Below are positions 27,806 through 38,900 of a DNA stretch of 64,000 bases, piece after piece. This DNA comes from an uncultured Holophagae bacterium (GTDB taxonomy: Bacteria > Acidobacteriota > Thermoanaerobaculia > Thermoanaerobaculales > Sulfomarinibacteraceae). The stretch is taken from contig CAVQBD010000002.1 in the NCBI GenBank assembly GCA_963710645.1, forward strand, positions 74,828-138,827, in the 5' to 3' direction. Below the pieces are notes generated by a model, which did not search any database, was not told the DNA's origin, and was given only the letters and a program-made list of their open reading frames with translations. Every line of letters starts with the position of its first letter. The first letter of the stretch is position 1. A program made the position numbers and the translations under genes.

Positions 27806-28216
27806 ATGACTGACGCGAGCGTGGGGTTTCGTGAGGTCGAGCATACTGCGGACCTCGAGTTGGAGGTGTGGGCCTCGAACATGACGGAGCTGCTCTCGGC
27901 GGCAGCGTCGGGGATGTACCGGCTGATGGGGGTCGCCATCGAGGGTTCGAGGGTGCGGCGTCGAATCGAACTCGAAGCGGACGACCCGGAGGCGCTGCTG
28001 GTGGATTTCCTGGCCGAGCTCCTCTATCTCGGCGAGTCTGAGGGTTACGCGTTTGACGAATTTGATCTGGCAGTGGCCGGCAATCGTCTGTCGGGCACGA
28101 TCGGCGGGGCGCGAATGGCGTCGCAGAAAAAGGAAATCAAGGCGGTGACCTATCACCGGCTGCGGATCAATGAGACCGAGCGGGGCCTGGTCACGAGGAT
28201 CGTGTTTGATGTGTGA
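27806..28216 (+). CDS. Archease (RtcB activator)
   Basis: 136 aa with the conserved FREVEHTADLELEVWA start and KAVTYH near the C-terminus. Lies immediately upstream of rtcB. Confidence 0.85.
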   Translation: MTDASVGFREVEHTADLELEVWASNMTELLSAAASGMYRLMGVAIEGSRVRRRIELEADDPEALLVDFLAELLYLGESEGYAFDEFDLAVAGNRLSGTIGGARMASQKKEIKAVTYHRLRINETERGLVTRIVFDV

Positions 28217-28249
28217 CACGTCGCTCGATGTCACGGGATTGGGGACAAC

Positions 28250-29701
28250 ATGGTCGACTTGAACCAGTTGCGACGCATCTCGGATCACGAGTGGGAGATC
28301 CCGGTCTCGGTGCGCGACGACATGCGGGTGCCGGTGCGTCTCTTCGCCAGCCGGAAGATCTTGGAGGAGATCCGCGGCGACGCCTCACTGGAGCAGGCGA
28401 TGAACGCCGCGACTCTCCCCGGGGTCGTGGGCCACGTGATGGTGATGCCCGACGTCCACCAAGGCTACGGCTTCCCCATCGGCGGGGTGGCCGCCACCGA
28501 GCTGCCCGGCGGTGTGATTTCCCCCGGCGCCATCGGTTACGACATCAACTGCGGCGTCCGACTTCTGGCGTCGAGGGTCACCCTCGACAATGCGAAACCG
28601 GCTCTGGACGATCTGGCGTCGGCGCTGGACGCCGCCTGCCCGAGTGGGGTCGGTCGTGGCGGCCACCTTCGACTCGATGATCGCGAACTCGAGCGGGTGT
28701 GCCGAGAAGGAGGCCGGTGGGCGAAGAGAAGCGGTCGGGCCACCGAGTCCGACGTCGCCCGCACCGAGGAGGACGGGAGCCTGGCCGGCGCGGACTTCGG
28801 GGCGGTCGGCCCGCGAGCGCGAAACCGCGGTCGCACCCAGGTCGGCACTCTGGGAGCGGGCAACCACTTTGTCGAGGTGGAGGTGGTGGAGGAGATTTTC
28901 GATCACGGTGCCGCCCGAACCATGGGTCTCGAGGAGGGTTGCTTGACGGTGATGATCCACTGCGGTTCGCGTGGATTCGGCCACCAGATCTGCACCGACT
29001 ACGTGAAGTCCTTCCAGGGGGCGGTGAAGCGGTACGGCATTCGGCTGCCGGACCGAGAGCTCGTCTGCGCACCCCTGGATTCGCCCGAAGGGCAGGACTA
29101 TCAGGCCGCCATGCGGTGCGCTGCCAACTACGCCTTCGCCAACCGGCAGGTGTTGGCGCACTACGCCCGTGAAGCCTTCGCAGAGGCGCTTCGGGGACGG
29201 GCGCCGGACGCGCATCTGCATCAGGTTTACGACATTGCCCACAACATGGGAAAGACCGAGGACCACACCGTTGATGGCCGCCGAGTCAAGGTGTGCGTCC
29301 ACCGGAAGGGCGCCACCCGGGCCTTCGGCCCCGGCTTCGAAGGCCTGCCCCCCGAGTACAGGACCATGGGCCAGCCGGTCCTGGTGCCGGGCAGCATGGG
29401 GACCGCGTCCTGGGTGCTGGTGGGCACCGACGGCAGCATGGAACGTTCGTTGGGGTCCTGTTGTCACGGCGCCGGCCGCACCATGAGCCGGCGGCAAGCC
29501 AAGCGGTCGATCGACGGCGGATCGCTGCGTCGTGAGCTGGAGGAGCGAGGGATCCGGGTCCGCGCCGGGTCCATGCCGGGCCTGGCCGAGGAGGCGCCGA
29601 CAGCTTACAAGGACGTGGACGAGGTGGTGGACGCTGTGGTTGACGCCGGGATCGCCTGCAAGGTGGCGCGGCTGCGTCCGGTGGTGGTGGTGAAGGGATG
29701 A
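28250..29701 (+). CDS. rtcB: RNA 3'-phosphate ligase RtcB
   Basis: 483 aa with metal-site and GMP-histidine motifs ([45 protein letters not shown]). Confidence 0.9.
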   Translation: MVDLNQLRRISDHEWEIPVSVRDDMRVPVRLFASRKILEEIRGDASLEQAMNAATLPGVVGHVMVMPDVHQGYGFPIGGVAATELPGGVISPGAIGYDINCGVRLLASRVTLDNAKPALDDLASALDAACPSGVGRGGHLRLDDRELERVCREGGRWAKRSGRATESDVARTEEDGSLAGADFGAVGPRARNRGRTQVGTLGAGNHFVEVEVVEEIFDHGAARTMGLEEGCLTVMIHCGSRGFGHQICTDYVKSFQGAVKRYGIRLPDRELVCAPLDSPEGQDYQAAMRCAANYAFANRQVLAHYAREAFAEALRGRAPDAHLHQVYDIAHNMGKTEDHTVDGRRVKVCVHRKGATRAFGPGFEGLPPEYRTMGQPVLVPGSMGTASWVLVGTDGSMERSLGSCCHGAGRTMSRRQAKRSIDGGSLRRELEERGIRVRAGSMPGLAEEAPTAYKDVDEVVDAVVDAGIACKVARLRPVVVVKG

Positions 29702-30030
29702 CCCCCGCCCGCCCGATCCAAGATGCAAGATTCCCCGCCCGGCCGGAACATCAGCTCGGGACTCGGGACTCGGGACTCGGGCCCCGTCCCAGCCGGATAC
29801 GAGATGCGAGATCCGAGATACATGATCCCGCGCCCACCCGGAGAGGGATAAGCGCGATGGGCGGGCGTGCCAGGGGTGGCTCCCTCGGGGAGCGCGGTTG
29901 GGAGATGGGCGCGTCGGAGTCAGCAATTCGAAGCGAACGCGCGGGTCGGTGCCCGGCGCCGACTCGCACCTGCCACACCCTCTACACTTTCTACACCCTC
30001 TCCACCGGGCGCGCGGGTGTGGGGGATAAT
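29702..30030 (-). repeat. Mosaic intergenic repeat copy lacking the hairpin
   Basis: Heptamer tracts (CGGGACT)x4 around 29755-29785 and (CGAGATN)x3 around 29797-29820. C-box 29824-29841. Module C (reverse complement) 29852-29871 directly abuts module B (reverse complement) 29883-29912. GTGTAGA-type repeats around 29975-30005. Confidence 0.8.
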
Positions 30031-30052
30031 GTGTTTCGACGGGAGGTGCGGG

Positions 30053-30691
30053 ATGGAGATATTGCACCACATCAGCGAGGGCCTTCAAGCCGGAGACAAC
30101 GCGGGTGTTGCCGAGCTCACCCAACAGGCCATCGATGCCGGGGTTCCGGCGGAGCGGATTCTCGAAGACGGACTCCTCGCCGGCATGGATGTGGTGGGTC
30201 GAAAGTTCGGTGCCCACGAGATCTTCCTCCCTGAGGTCCTTCTGGCCGCGCGGGCGATGAACGCCGGGGTGGACCTGCTCAAACCGTTGCTCATGGACCA
30301 GGACGTCCCGTCACGGGGCAAGGTGGTTATCGGGACCGCCAAGGGAGACCTCCACGATATCGGTAAGAACCTGGTCGGCATCATGCTCAAGGGAGCCGGA
30401 TTCGAGGTGGTGGATCTTGGCAGCGATGTTTCGGCGGAGCGGTTCGTCGACGCCGCGGTGGCCGAAGGGGCTTCGGTCATCGGGCTGTCCGCATTGCTGA
30501 CCACGACCATGATGGGAATGAAAGACGTGGTTGACCAGGTCAACGACCGTGGACTGTCGCATTCGATCAAGGTCGTTGTCGGGGGTGCCCCCGTGTCTCG
30601 GGACTTTGCGGCGGAAATCGGGGCCGACGGCTACGGCTACGACGCCAACAATGCCGTCGAACTCATCAAAGGGCTGGTTGGAGCGGACTGA
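30053..30691 (+). CDS. Corrinoid (B12-binding) protein, methyltransferase-cognate type
   Basis: N-terminal B12-binding cap helices plus a Rossmann domain with the DxHxxG motif (GDLHDIGKN), SALLTTT and VVVGGAP. Start ATG 30053 with GGGAGG 6 nt upstream. Confidence 0.8.
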   Translation: MEILHHISEGLQAGDNAGVAELTQQAIDAGVPAERILEDGLLAGMDVVGRKFGAHEIFLPEVLLAARAMNAGVDLLKPLLMDQDVPSRGKVVIGTAKGDLHDIGKNLVGIMLKGAGFEVVDLGSDVSAERFVDAAVAEGASVIGLSALLTTTMMGMKDVVDQVNDRGLSHSIKVVVGGAPVSRDFAAEIGADGYGYDANNAVELIKGLVGAD

Positions 30692-31581
30692 TGTTCGGTT
30701 TCATTGATCGGCTCCAGGGGGGAGAGGTTCTGGTGGGTGACGGCGCCTGGGGCACCATGCTCATGGCCCGCGGTCTCCAGCCCGGAGAGAGCCCCGAGGC
30801 ACTCAACCTTGCAAACCCCGCGATGTTGACCGAGATCGCCGAACTCTATCTCGATGCCGGTGCGGACCTCATCACCACCAACACCTTCGGGGCGTCGGCC
30901 CTCAATCTCAGGGCTTACGGGTTGGAGGACCAGATTGAAGAAGTCAACCGGGCTGCGGTGGAGGCGCTCGCGACGGTCGTAGCCGGTCGTGGTTATATCT
31001 CGGGGTCGGTGGGCCCCTCGGGCCGGATCTTGACGCCCTACGGAGACACCGAGCCCGGCGAGGTCTTGGAGTCCTTCGTCCGCCAGGTGGGGCCGCTGAT
31101 CGAGGCCGGGGTCGATCTTGTCTGCGTTGAGACCATGATCGACCTGAGGGAGGCCGAGTTGGCCATCTCGGCCATCCGATCCATATCCCGAGAGATTCCC
31201 ATCATCGCCACCATGACTTTCAATCCGACCCCTCGGGGGTACTTCACGGCCATGGGTGAGACCGTCGAGCGGGCGGCGGCCGGACTCGAGGACGCCGGGG
31301 CCGATGTCATCGGCTCCAACTGCGGCAACGGCATCGACCGCATGGTGGAGATCGCCCGAGAGTTCAAGACCCACACGCGGCTGCCCGTGATCATCCAGAG
31401 CAACGCGGGGCTGCCCGGACACCACGATGGACGGCTCGTTTTTCCCGAGTCGCCGGATTTCATGGCTCGCCGCGTCGATAAGATGTTGGATCTCGGCGTC
31501 GCGGTGATCGGTGGTTGCTGCGGCACTGGCCCCGACCACATCCGTGCCATCCGGGACGCGGTGGACCAACGGATGGAGTGA
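30691..31581 (+). CDS. Homocysteine S-methyltransferase domain protein (MetH N-terminal-module-like)
   Basis: Motifs LVGDGAWGTML and ADLITTNTF, with zinc-ligand cysteines in GSNCGNG and GGCCGTGP. Its start overlaps the corrinoid gene stop (TGATG). Confidence 0.8.
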   Translation: MFGFIDRLQGGEVLVGDGAWGTMLMARGLQPGESPEALNLANPAMLTEIAELYLDAGADLITTNTFGASALNLRAYGLEDQIEEVNRAAVEALATVVAGRGYISGSVGPSGRILTPYGDTEPGEVLESFVRQVGPLIEAGVDLVCVETMIDLREAELAISAIRSISREIPIIATMTFNPTPRGYFTAMGETVERAAAGLEDAGADVIGSNCGNGIDRMVEIAREFKTHTRLPVIIQSNAGLPGHHDGRLVFPESPDFMARRVDKMLDLGVAVIGGCCGTGPDHIRAIRDAVDQRME

Positions 31582-31604
31582 CCGATCGCCCAGCCGCGGT
31601 CGAT

Positions 31605-33761
31605 CTATTGCACGTCGGTGAGCGCCAGGTAGAGCGTGAGCAACCCGATGGGATCGCGGACCTCCTGTTTCACCGGGAGGCCGGATTCGACGTCGAGCCA
31701 CAGCGTGTTGGTGCTCCCCGCCCTGTCACCCGATGTGGTGGTCACGGTGTACCAGACCGTGGTGAAGGTGCCGGCCGGCACCGAGATCACTTCGGTGATG
31801 GAGTGGACCTCTCCCTCTTCGGTGGGCGAACTCGACTGCTCGGGTGGGTCGTCGTCCACCTCGGTGGTCACATTCACGGAGGGGGCCATCCAAGTCGCTC
31901 CCTCGCACCAGGTGGCGGAAGGACCCGAGACTTTGGCCGGGTCAACCTTGGCGGGGTCGTAGGTGGTGACGGTGTCCGTCGTGGTGGTGTTTCCTATGAA
32001 GGTGTACTCGAGGTGGTTGGAATCACGGTCCAGGCCCAGGTATCCGGAGGGGTCGTCAAGAATGTGGAACTCGAACTCCAGGGTCGCTTCGGCCGTGGCA
32101 TCCACGGTGGAGCCTCCGAAGGTCACCGACAGCTCGTCTTGGATGTCGATGGTGTTCTCCGTCGCTGTTGTCTCCACGTAGGTCGTACGATGCTCGCCGT
32201 CGAAGGGTAGGTTTTGCCCGAGGAACTCCTGCAGACCGGAGATGTTGTGTGTCGTCACCGTGCCGTCGGGGATCTGAGGGAGGGTGACACAGGGGCCGCC
32301 GCCACCGCCGCCCCCACCTCCACCGGCGGTTCGGACCTCACCCGGTTGGTAGACCGGGTCGTTGGAGATGTTGTCGATGATCGAAACGAAGGCGATGACG
32401 TCGCTCTCGCCCATGATCCGCAGTGAATAATAACCGTTCGCGCCATCCAACCCGATCCAGTCGAACACATCGTTGATCTGGTTCATCTCGTCGGGGCCGA
32501 TGTTATAGAAATCGGCCACACCGGTGCCGGTTTCATCAACCATCGACAGCAACAGAGTGGTCTCCTCGTCTTCGAGATTGAAGAACCCCACGTTGGATCG
32601 GAATCCGTTGTCGCTGAGGCCGGTGTAGATCAATGTCTCGTCGTCGTGCAGCTCGAATTGGGCAGTTTTCGCAGGGATCGACTGACCAAAGGTGCCGTTT
32701 TCGCTCTGGTTGTAGGTCCGCGACCACACCATCACCGGCTGATCAGCCAATACCCGCACCGCGCCGTTGGCGGATTCCAGCCCGAAAGCGGTCATCATGG
32801 CGTCATCCAGGGCGAGGATGCTGCCCGGACCAACCGTGGAGCTCGAACTGTTCTGCGGTCCGTTGTTGGTTCCCTTTTTGTAGTAGTCCAGGGAGACCGT
32901 CCTAGAGGTGTCGGTCGGGTTGAATATTCGGATGTCGGTGCGCCAAAGGCTGCCCTCGGCACCCGTAGCGCGGGCGGCTGCCGATATGACCGATTCTCCG
33001 AATGCAATGTTCTCGTACACCTCCGCCGTCACTGCCACCGGATCACCGGTGCGTTCGTCCACCACTGAACCGTAGGCCACGATCGGGGAGGAGGCCATGA
33101 TCACCGCCCGGGCGGCGGTGGATGGCGCCGATCCGGTGACATCGAAGATGTCGTTCCACTGGAACTGGCCGAAACCCTGGTACGTCCGGGTTGCGGTTCC
33201 GGTCTGCACGCCGCTTTCGTCATACATGTTGACGGTCGCCGATCCGGCTGCGGCGCTCGCGGCGCAGAAGCCGACATTGCTTCTGAAACTGTCGGATTTG
33301 GCGAGGTAGATGATGTGTCCCTCATGGGAGGCCGGGAGGGCATCCCCCACCTTGACACCGGGGATGAACTGGCCGTAGGTGCTGTGGTCGTCGAGCAGAT
33401 TGTAGGTCCGTGATGTGACCACCAGATCCGGATTGTCGCATTCCACCAGCAGGCCGCCGGTCCCGGAGTAGGAGAAATCCGAGAAAAAGATATCGCCGAC
33501 CACCACCTGCCCATTGGCGATGACAGTGTGGGTCGAGGACTCGCCGAGGTTTGAATTGTCCTGGTTCTTTCTCAACAGGTACACCGTCGCCGTCGCATCA
33601 CTGCTCGTCGGGTTCACCAGTTGGAGATCGGTGCGCCAGTTGGTGTCCTGGGCGCCGGTGGCGTGGGCTCCCGCTGGGATCACCCAGCGTCCGGCGACCG
33701 CGGTCCCAGCCACGAGACATGCAAGCGCCGACATCGTCACGACCCGAATCACTGTTTTCAT
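31605..33761 (-). CDS. Secreted protein of unknown function with a duplicated about 220-aa domain, a poly-Gly linker and a distinct C-terminal domain
   Basis: Signal peptide. Two paralogous domains start with GA..T.WRTDL/I.. .NP (aa ~30 and ~265) and share RTYN...G.FGQ.IP and FRSNVGF. G11 run at aa ~475. I recognise no known catalytic motif. Confidence 0.6.
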   Translation of the reverse strand: MKTVIRVVTMSALACLVAGTAVAGRWVIPAGAHATGAQDTNWRTDLQLVNPTSSDATATVYLLRKNQDNSNLGESSTHTVIANGQVVVGDIFFSDFSYSGTGGLLVECDNPDLVVTSRTYNLLDDHSTYGQFIPGVKVGDALPASHEGHIIYLAKSDSFRSNVGFCAASAAAGSATVNMYDESGVQTGTATRTYQGFGQFQWNDIFDVTGSAPSTAARAVIMASSPIVAYGSVVDERTGDPVAVTAEVYENIAFGESVISAAARATGAEGSLWRTDIRIFNPTDTSRTVSLDYYKKGTNNGPQNSSSSTVGPGSILALDDAMMTAFGLESANGAVRVLADQPVMVWSRTYNQSENGTFGQSIPAKTAQFELHDDETLIYTGLSDNGFRSNVGFFNLEDEETTLLLSMVDETGTGVADFYNIGPDEMNQINDVFDWIGLDGANGYYSLRIMGESDVIAFVSIIDNISNDPVYQPGEVRTAGGGGGGGGGGPCVTLPQIPDGTVTTHNISGLQEFLGQNLPFDGEHRTTYVETTATENTIDIQDELSVTFGGSTVDATAEATLEFEFHILDDPSGYLGLDRDSNHLEYTFIGNTTTTDTVTTYDPAKVDPAKVSGPSATWCEGATWMAPSVNVTTEVDDDPPEQSSSPTEEGEVHSITEVISVPAGTFTTVWYTVTTTSGDRAGSTNTLWLDVESGLPVKQEVRDPIGLLTLYLALTDVQ

Positions 33762-33883
33762 TGATTTCCCCTCCAGGAATCGTGAACTCGCGCAACCATC
33801 CTAGACTATGCCGATCAGGGTCGGTGTTGCCCCGATCTCGCGCTGGTAGAGTGGCGAGATCGAAGGCGAGGAGTCAGAGATCC

Positions 33884-35281
33884 ATGAAGAAGTGGGATCC
33901 CGCTGGGTTGCTCCATGAGGTGGCGAAGGCCCATGAAAAGCGTTCACCCCGGTCGGCTGCGATCAACCGTGAGGCGGGGGAGTTCCTCGTGGATGGCGGC
34001 AGCCACACTCTGAGGCTGCTTCAGCCGTTCCCACCGCGGATCGTCAAGGCGGCGGGCGGATGGGTCACCGACGAGGACGGACACTCCATCCTCGATTTCT
34101 GGCAGGGCCACATGGCCAACATCCTCGGGCACAATCCTGCGGCCGTCACAACCAAGTTGGCACGGGCATTCGCCGACGGGTTCGGACTGCAGAGCGGCCT
34201 GGTGGACCGGCTCCAGGCCGACGTGGCGGAGATCATCTGCCGGCGGACAGGGGCGGATCGGATTCGACTGACCACCAGCGGCACCCTGGCCGACATGTAC
34301 GCGGTGATGCTCGCCCGTGCCTTCACCGGGCGGAACCTGGTGATGAAGGTTGGTGGTGGCTGGCACGGTGCCCAGCCATGGTCGTTGAAGGGGATTCGAT
34401 TTCGGGACGATGGATCTGGGTTTGGTGGCGTCGACACCGAGGGTTTGGCTCAGGCAATGACCGACGAGGTGATCGTCACCGGATTCAACAACCCCCAACG
34501 TCTGGCCGACGACTTCCATCGCTTCGGTGATCGAATCGCATGTTTCGTGGTGGAGCCCCTGATCGGTGCCGGCGGGACGATTCCGGCGACCCGCGAGTTC
34601 CTGGGCCTGGCCCGAGAGCTCAGCGGTCGGTACGGCGCGGTGTTGATATTCGACGAGGTCATCTCGGGCTTCCGGTTTCACGCCGGCAGCCTCGGCACGC
34701 TCTACGGGATCGAGCCCGATCTGACGGTGCTCGGCAAGATCATTGGCGGTGGGATGCCGGTGGCCGCGGTGGCCGGCCGTGCCGAGATCATGGCCCAGTT
34801 GGGTCGGGAGCAGGGTTGCCGCGTCAATGTTTCGGGCGGGACCTATTCTGCCCACCCTGGCTCGATGCTGGCCGCCAAGACCCAGTTGGAGTACCTGGTG
34901 AAGCATGAAACGGAGATCTACCCCCGGCTCGGCCGTCTCGGAATGACCATGCGCCGGGCAGTGGAGTCGGGTTTCGCGGATGGGGGAGTGCTGGCGCGCT
35001 GCACCGGCGACAGCGCTGAACTTCCCGGAGGCAGTTCGCTCTTCATGGTGCACTTTCCCCATGACGAAGCGACCACTCTCGACACACCAGAGGCGGTCTT
35101 CGACCCTTCGTCGTGCGACCAGGTCCTGCGCGAGAAGGTGCTCGGGCCGGCGCTGCTGCTCGAGGACGTCAACCTGGTGCTCGCGCACGGCGCCGCCGCC
35201 AACGCCCACACGAACAGCGACATGGAATTCCTGGAGACGGCCTGCCGCCGGGTCGCGCGTCGGATCAGCAGATTCAGATAG
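33884..35281 (+). CDS. Class III (GSA-aminomutase-like) PLP-dependent aminotransferase
   Basis: 465 aa from ATG 33884. Motifs TSGTLADMYAVMLAR, LIFDEVISGFR and the PLP-lysine context LGKIIGGGMP. The upstream 111 codons in the track are antisense to the previous gene. Confidence 0.8.
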   Translation: MKKWDPAGLLHEVAKAHEKRSPRSAAINREAGEFLVDGGSHTLRLLQPFPPRIVKAAGGWVTDEDGHSILDFWQGHMANILGHNPAAVTTKLARAFADGFGLQSGLVDRLQADVAEIICRRTGADRIRLTTSGTLADMYAVMLARAFTGRNLVMKVGGGWHGAQPWSLKGIRFRDDGSGFGGVDTEGLAQAMTDEVIVTGFNNPQRLADDFHRFGDRIACFVVEPLIGAGGTIPATREFLGLARELSGRYGAVLIFDEVISGFRFHAGSLGTLYGIEPDLTVLGKIIGGGMPVAAVAGRAEIMAQLGREQGCRVNVSGGTYSAHPGSMLAAKTQLEYLVKHETEIYPRLGRLGMTMRRAVESGFADGGVLARCTGDSAELPGGSSLFMVHFPHDEATTLDTPEAVFDPSSCDQVLREKVLGPALLLEDVNLVLAHGAAANAHTNSDMEFLETACRRVARRISRFR

Positions 35282-35305
35282 AATGAGACAGGTTCTCTGA
35301 GATCA

Positions 35306-35794
35306 ATGTCAGCGCCCCGTCCCCGTCCCGGTTTCGAGCTCGTGCTCGAAGACCCGCCCGACCAGGTCATGCAGCGCCTGCGGGACCGGTTGAGGGACTG
35401 CCCAGGCTGTACCGGCGCTTCGGTGGGCAACCATGCCGAGCTCTTCGTTGGCCCATCGGAAAAACACCTGTGGTCGCCATGGCTCAGCGTGACGGCGGAC
35501 GATGGCGCCGACGGCGGTACCGCGCTGCGAGGCCGGTTCGGTCCCCACCCCACCGTGTGGACGCTCTACATGTTTCTGTCGTTCGCCCTCGGCTTCGCCC
35601 TGTTGGTGGGCGCCACCTGGGGCTATGCCCAGTGGGCCATGGACGTCACCCCATGGGCGCTGTACAGCGTGCCCCTGATTTTGGTCCTCGCGATGCTGCT
35701 CTTCGGGGTGAGCCTCGTCGGTCAGCGCCTCGGCGCGGAACAGATGGCGTCACTCCGCACAACTCTCGAAGGACTGGTCACGCCAGGCGGGTAG
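35306..35794 (+). CDS. Hypothetical membrane protein (soluble N-domain + 2 TM helices)
   Basis: 162-aa ORF with two clear hydrophobic helices (VWTLYMFLSFALGFALLVGATWGY, ALYSVPLILVLAMLLFGVSLVG). No family recognised. Confidence 0.45.
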   Translation: MSAPRPRPGFELVLEDPPDQVMQRLRDRLRDCPGCTGASVGNHAELFVGPSEKHLWSPWLSVTADDGADGGTALRGRFGPHPTVWTLYMFLSFALGFALLVGATWGYAQWAMDVTPWALYSVPLILVLAMLLFGVSLVGQRLGAEQMASLRTTLEGLVTPGG

Positions 35795-35963
35795 GGTTGA
35801 GGCCCGCTTTGGGGAGCGGGCGTCTCGCCTGCATGTACACGATCAATCAAGGTGAGAATTGCAGCCGGGACGGCTGCGCTACAACGCCGCTCCGGGTGGG
35901 CAGGGGGGGTCGAATTCTGAATTGGCCGGGCTGGTGCTGTCCCTAGCCCCTAGCCCCTAGTCC

Positions 35964-38900
35964 CTAGCTTTGTCCTCGAACAAACTGTGAAATGTCGACA
36001 TCGTCGATCTGCTCGGGCCGGAGATGCTGTCTGGCATAGTCGAGATACGCGCCGGAAGTGAGAAACAGATCAAAGAGCTCGGGACAGATGTGGCCGCCGT
36101 CGCGGAAGAAACCCATGATCCTCAGTGACTGGCTCAGGGTCTTTGGCGGTTTGTACGGCCGGTCGGCCGCAGTCAGCGCCTCGAAGACGTCGGCGATGGC
36201 CATGATTCTCTCCGGCATGGAGAGGTCGCCTGCTGCCAGACGTCTCGGATATCCGGTGCCGTCGAGCTTCTCGTGGTGGTTGCCGGCCCATTCGGGCACT
36301 CGGCGCAGCTCTTTTGGGAAGGGCAGCTTACCGAGCATGTGGATGGTCTGGATGATGTGTTCGTTGATCTTGAAACGCTCTTCCTGGGTGAGGGTGCCGC
36401 GGGGAACGCTCAGGTTGTGGAGCTCGCCAAGATTGTAGAGATGCTCGGGCACCGGCATCTTGAAATCGTGACGGTTGTCGGCGAAGGGTGAGCCGACCCG
36501 CTCGATGATGTGTTCTGGTCTGTCGGCCAGCAGAGGTTCGAGGACCGGCAGCCGGGGTGGCGGCTGCCGCCGTTTCCGTTCGAGCTCATCGTGCGAAAGA
36601 CCGATGCGGTCGTCGAGATGTCTCTTCCAACGCTGGCCCCCGATATCCCGGAGCCGTGCGATCGTACCCTCGTCCATGACAGTCTCGCCTGAGTTGCACT
36701 CGGCCACGAATTCGAAGTCCGATCGGATCTGGTTGAGCCGGGTTTCCAGCCTATTCCACAACCTCTCCTGGTCCTCCGGTGTGCTCGCGAGCGCGCTGTA
36801 ATACTCGATCCAGGCGTCGCGCCACAGCACCTCGAATCGGGTGCGGATCTCGTGGATCCGGTTGTAGATCGTCTCCAGGCGGGTGGCCTTGTCCACCACG
36901 TACTCCGGCGTGGTGACCTTGCCGCAGTCGTGGAGCCAGCTGGCGATGTGGAGTTCGAACCACTCGTCGTCCGTCAGGTGAAAATCTGCAAGCGGCCCAT
37001 CGGTCGCTTTGTGGGCAACCTCGGCCAGCATCCGGGCGATCTCGGGCACCCGCTGGCAGTGACCGTGGGTGTAGTGGGACTTGGCGTCGATGGCGCCCGC
37101 CACCACGTGAATGAAGGACTCGAGCAGATCTTTCTGCGCCTTCAGGAGCCGGCGAAGATCGAGGGCCACGGCGGCGTCGGAGGAGAGGGCCTCGATGTAC
37201 GGCACCACCTCGGGATCGAAGCCTGTGATCGAGCCTTCGGCGGATCGCGAATTGACCAGCTGGAGCAGACCCACCGATTCACCCTTCTGATCGGTGAGGG
37301 GCACGCTGAGCAGGGAACGGGTCTCGTAGCCGTCGCGATCAAAGCGTTCGTGGGCGACGGCGAGATCGAATTCCTCGTCGGCGCCAACGTTGTCAATCGA
37401 GATGGTCGTGCCCCGCCGTGCGGTCTCGCCGTCAATGGGCAGACGTCCCCATGCGTCCGGTTCCGAGTAGACTTTGACCGGCGCGAAGGGCGGTTCGACG
37501 CCGCTGGTTCCGCCGTAGTGCACGCCGGTTCGATCGTTTTCTAAAATCGCAACTTCCAGCTCGGTTTCGTCCTCCGTTTCCATCAGAATGGCCCCGCCGT
37601 CTGCGTGTGAGACCTTGACGGTTTCCCGGAGGATCATCTCCAACAGTCGTCGTCGGTCCTTCTCTGCCGAAAGCGCCCGCGAAATATCGAAAAATCGCTG
37701 GAGCGAGGACTTCATGACACCCATGGTCTTGGCCAATCCGTCCACTTCGGCGATCCGTGAACGCGCCGCCATGGGCGTCTCCAGCTTGAAACGCCGGATC
37801 TGTTCCGCCTCCCGCGCCAGTTCGCGGAGCGAACCCGAAATTCCGCGCGACACCCAGAGCACGAGGCCGACGGCCGCGAGCATGAGAGCTGCCGACAGAG
37901 CGAGGCTTCGGTTTCGAAGGCGGTTCACATTGGAGAGCAGCTCGTTGTGGGGAATCAGAGTCGCCAGGTATACCTGCTCTCCCGACTGTGTGGGGAGGTT
38001 GGTAATTGAGGTGAGCCATCTTGCGCCCTCAACCTCGAGTCCTGAATGGTCGAAGCCCCCGCCGCCGTCAAGACTCTCGGCCAGGGCACGGTATGCCGGG
38101 TGGTCCAGGTCGGCCAACCGCGGCATTTCAACCTCACCGGATGAACGGCTGCCGACCAGAGGTACGTCCCGATCGTGGTCTGAAAGGGCAACCACACGAC
38201 CCTGGCCGTCGAAGATGGCGATGATCGTCGAGGCCGTGACCCGTTCCCGGGCGACGGCGGCGGACAGATCGCGAAGGGCAAGATCCACTCCCACGACACC
38301 TCCTCCTGCGGCCAACTGGCGGGCGAAGGTCAGCCCGACCTCACCGGTCGTGAAGAAGGTGTAGAAATCGGTGGTGATCTGATTTTGAGTGGCCATGGCC
38401 TCCGAGTACCATTCGCGAGACCTGGGATCGAAATCGGTGGCCGACACCGGCCGGCGTTCCACTAGGTCGAGCTCTTCGTCGAAGAACAGCAGCGCCTCCT
38501 CAGCGGGTGCGTTCGGCGCGTGGTCGATGCTCTGGATCGCGTAACGGCTGGTGGGCGGTGCGTTCAGGGCGACTCCGGCGGCGTCGAGTCGTTGGAGAGA
38601 TCTGATGAGGAAAAAATCGCCGTCATCGTAGCCGACATAGATCGCCGACAGGTCGGGGTTGAGGTGCAGGGCCTCGGCGACAGGCGCAAGGGCCGGTAGG
38701 CGTTGGTCCAGCGAGGATCCGGCCCAGATGGCGCTCTTTGACGTGATGTCCACCAGGCCCTGGGCGGGTTGGTAGATCTCCGCGATGCTGGTCTGCATCT
38801 GGCGGCCGATCCGTTCCATCAGGTCGTGAGCGCCGAGAAACTCGGCCCGGCGGCTCTCGACGTAGTTGAACGCGATGAGGGCCAGGCCGAAGATCACGAA

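Noticed and set aside
27806-29701. Archease-RtcB as a novel RNA-repair or defence system.
   Set aside because: This is the standard conserved archease-rtcB pair. No RtcR, RtcA, nuclease or toxin partner is adjacent. Nothing in the sequence departs from the canonical motifs.
29702-30052. Cobalamin riboswitch upstream of the corrinoid/Hcy-methyltransferase genes, and an M-box upstream of the mgtE operon (24734-24792).
   Set aside because: I could not find a B12-box-like sequence, and the region is fully accounted for by mosaic repeat modules. The mgtE-side intergenic region is only 59 bp, too short for an M-box. An Rfam scan would be the decisive check.
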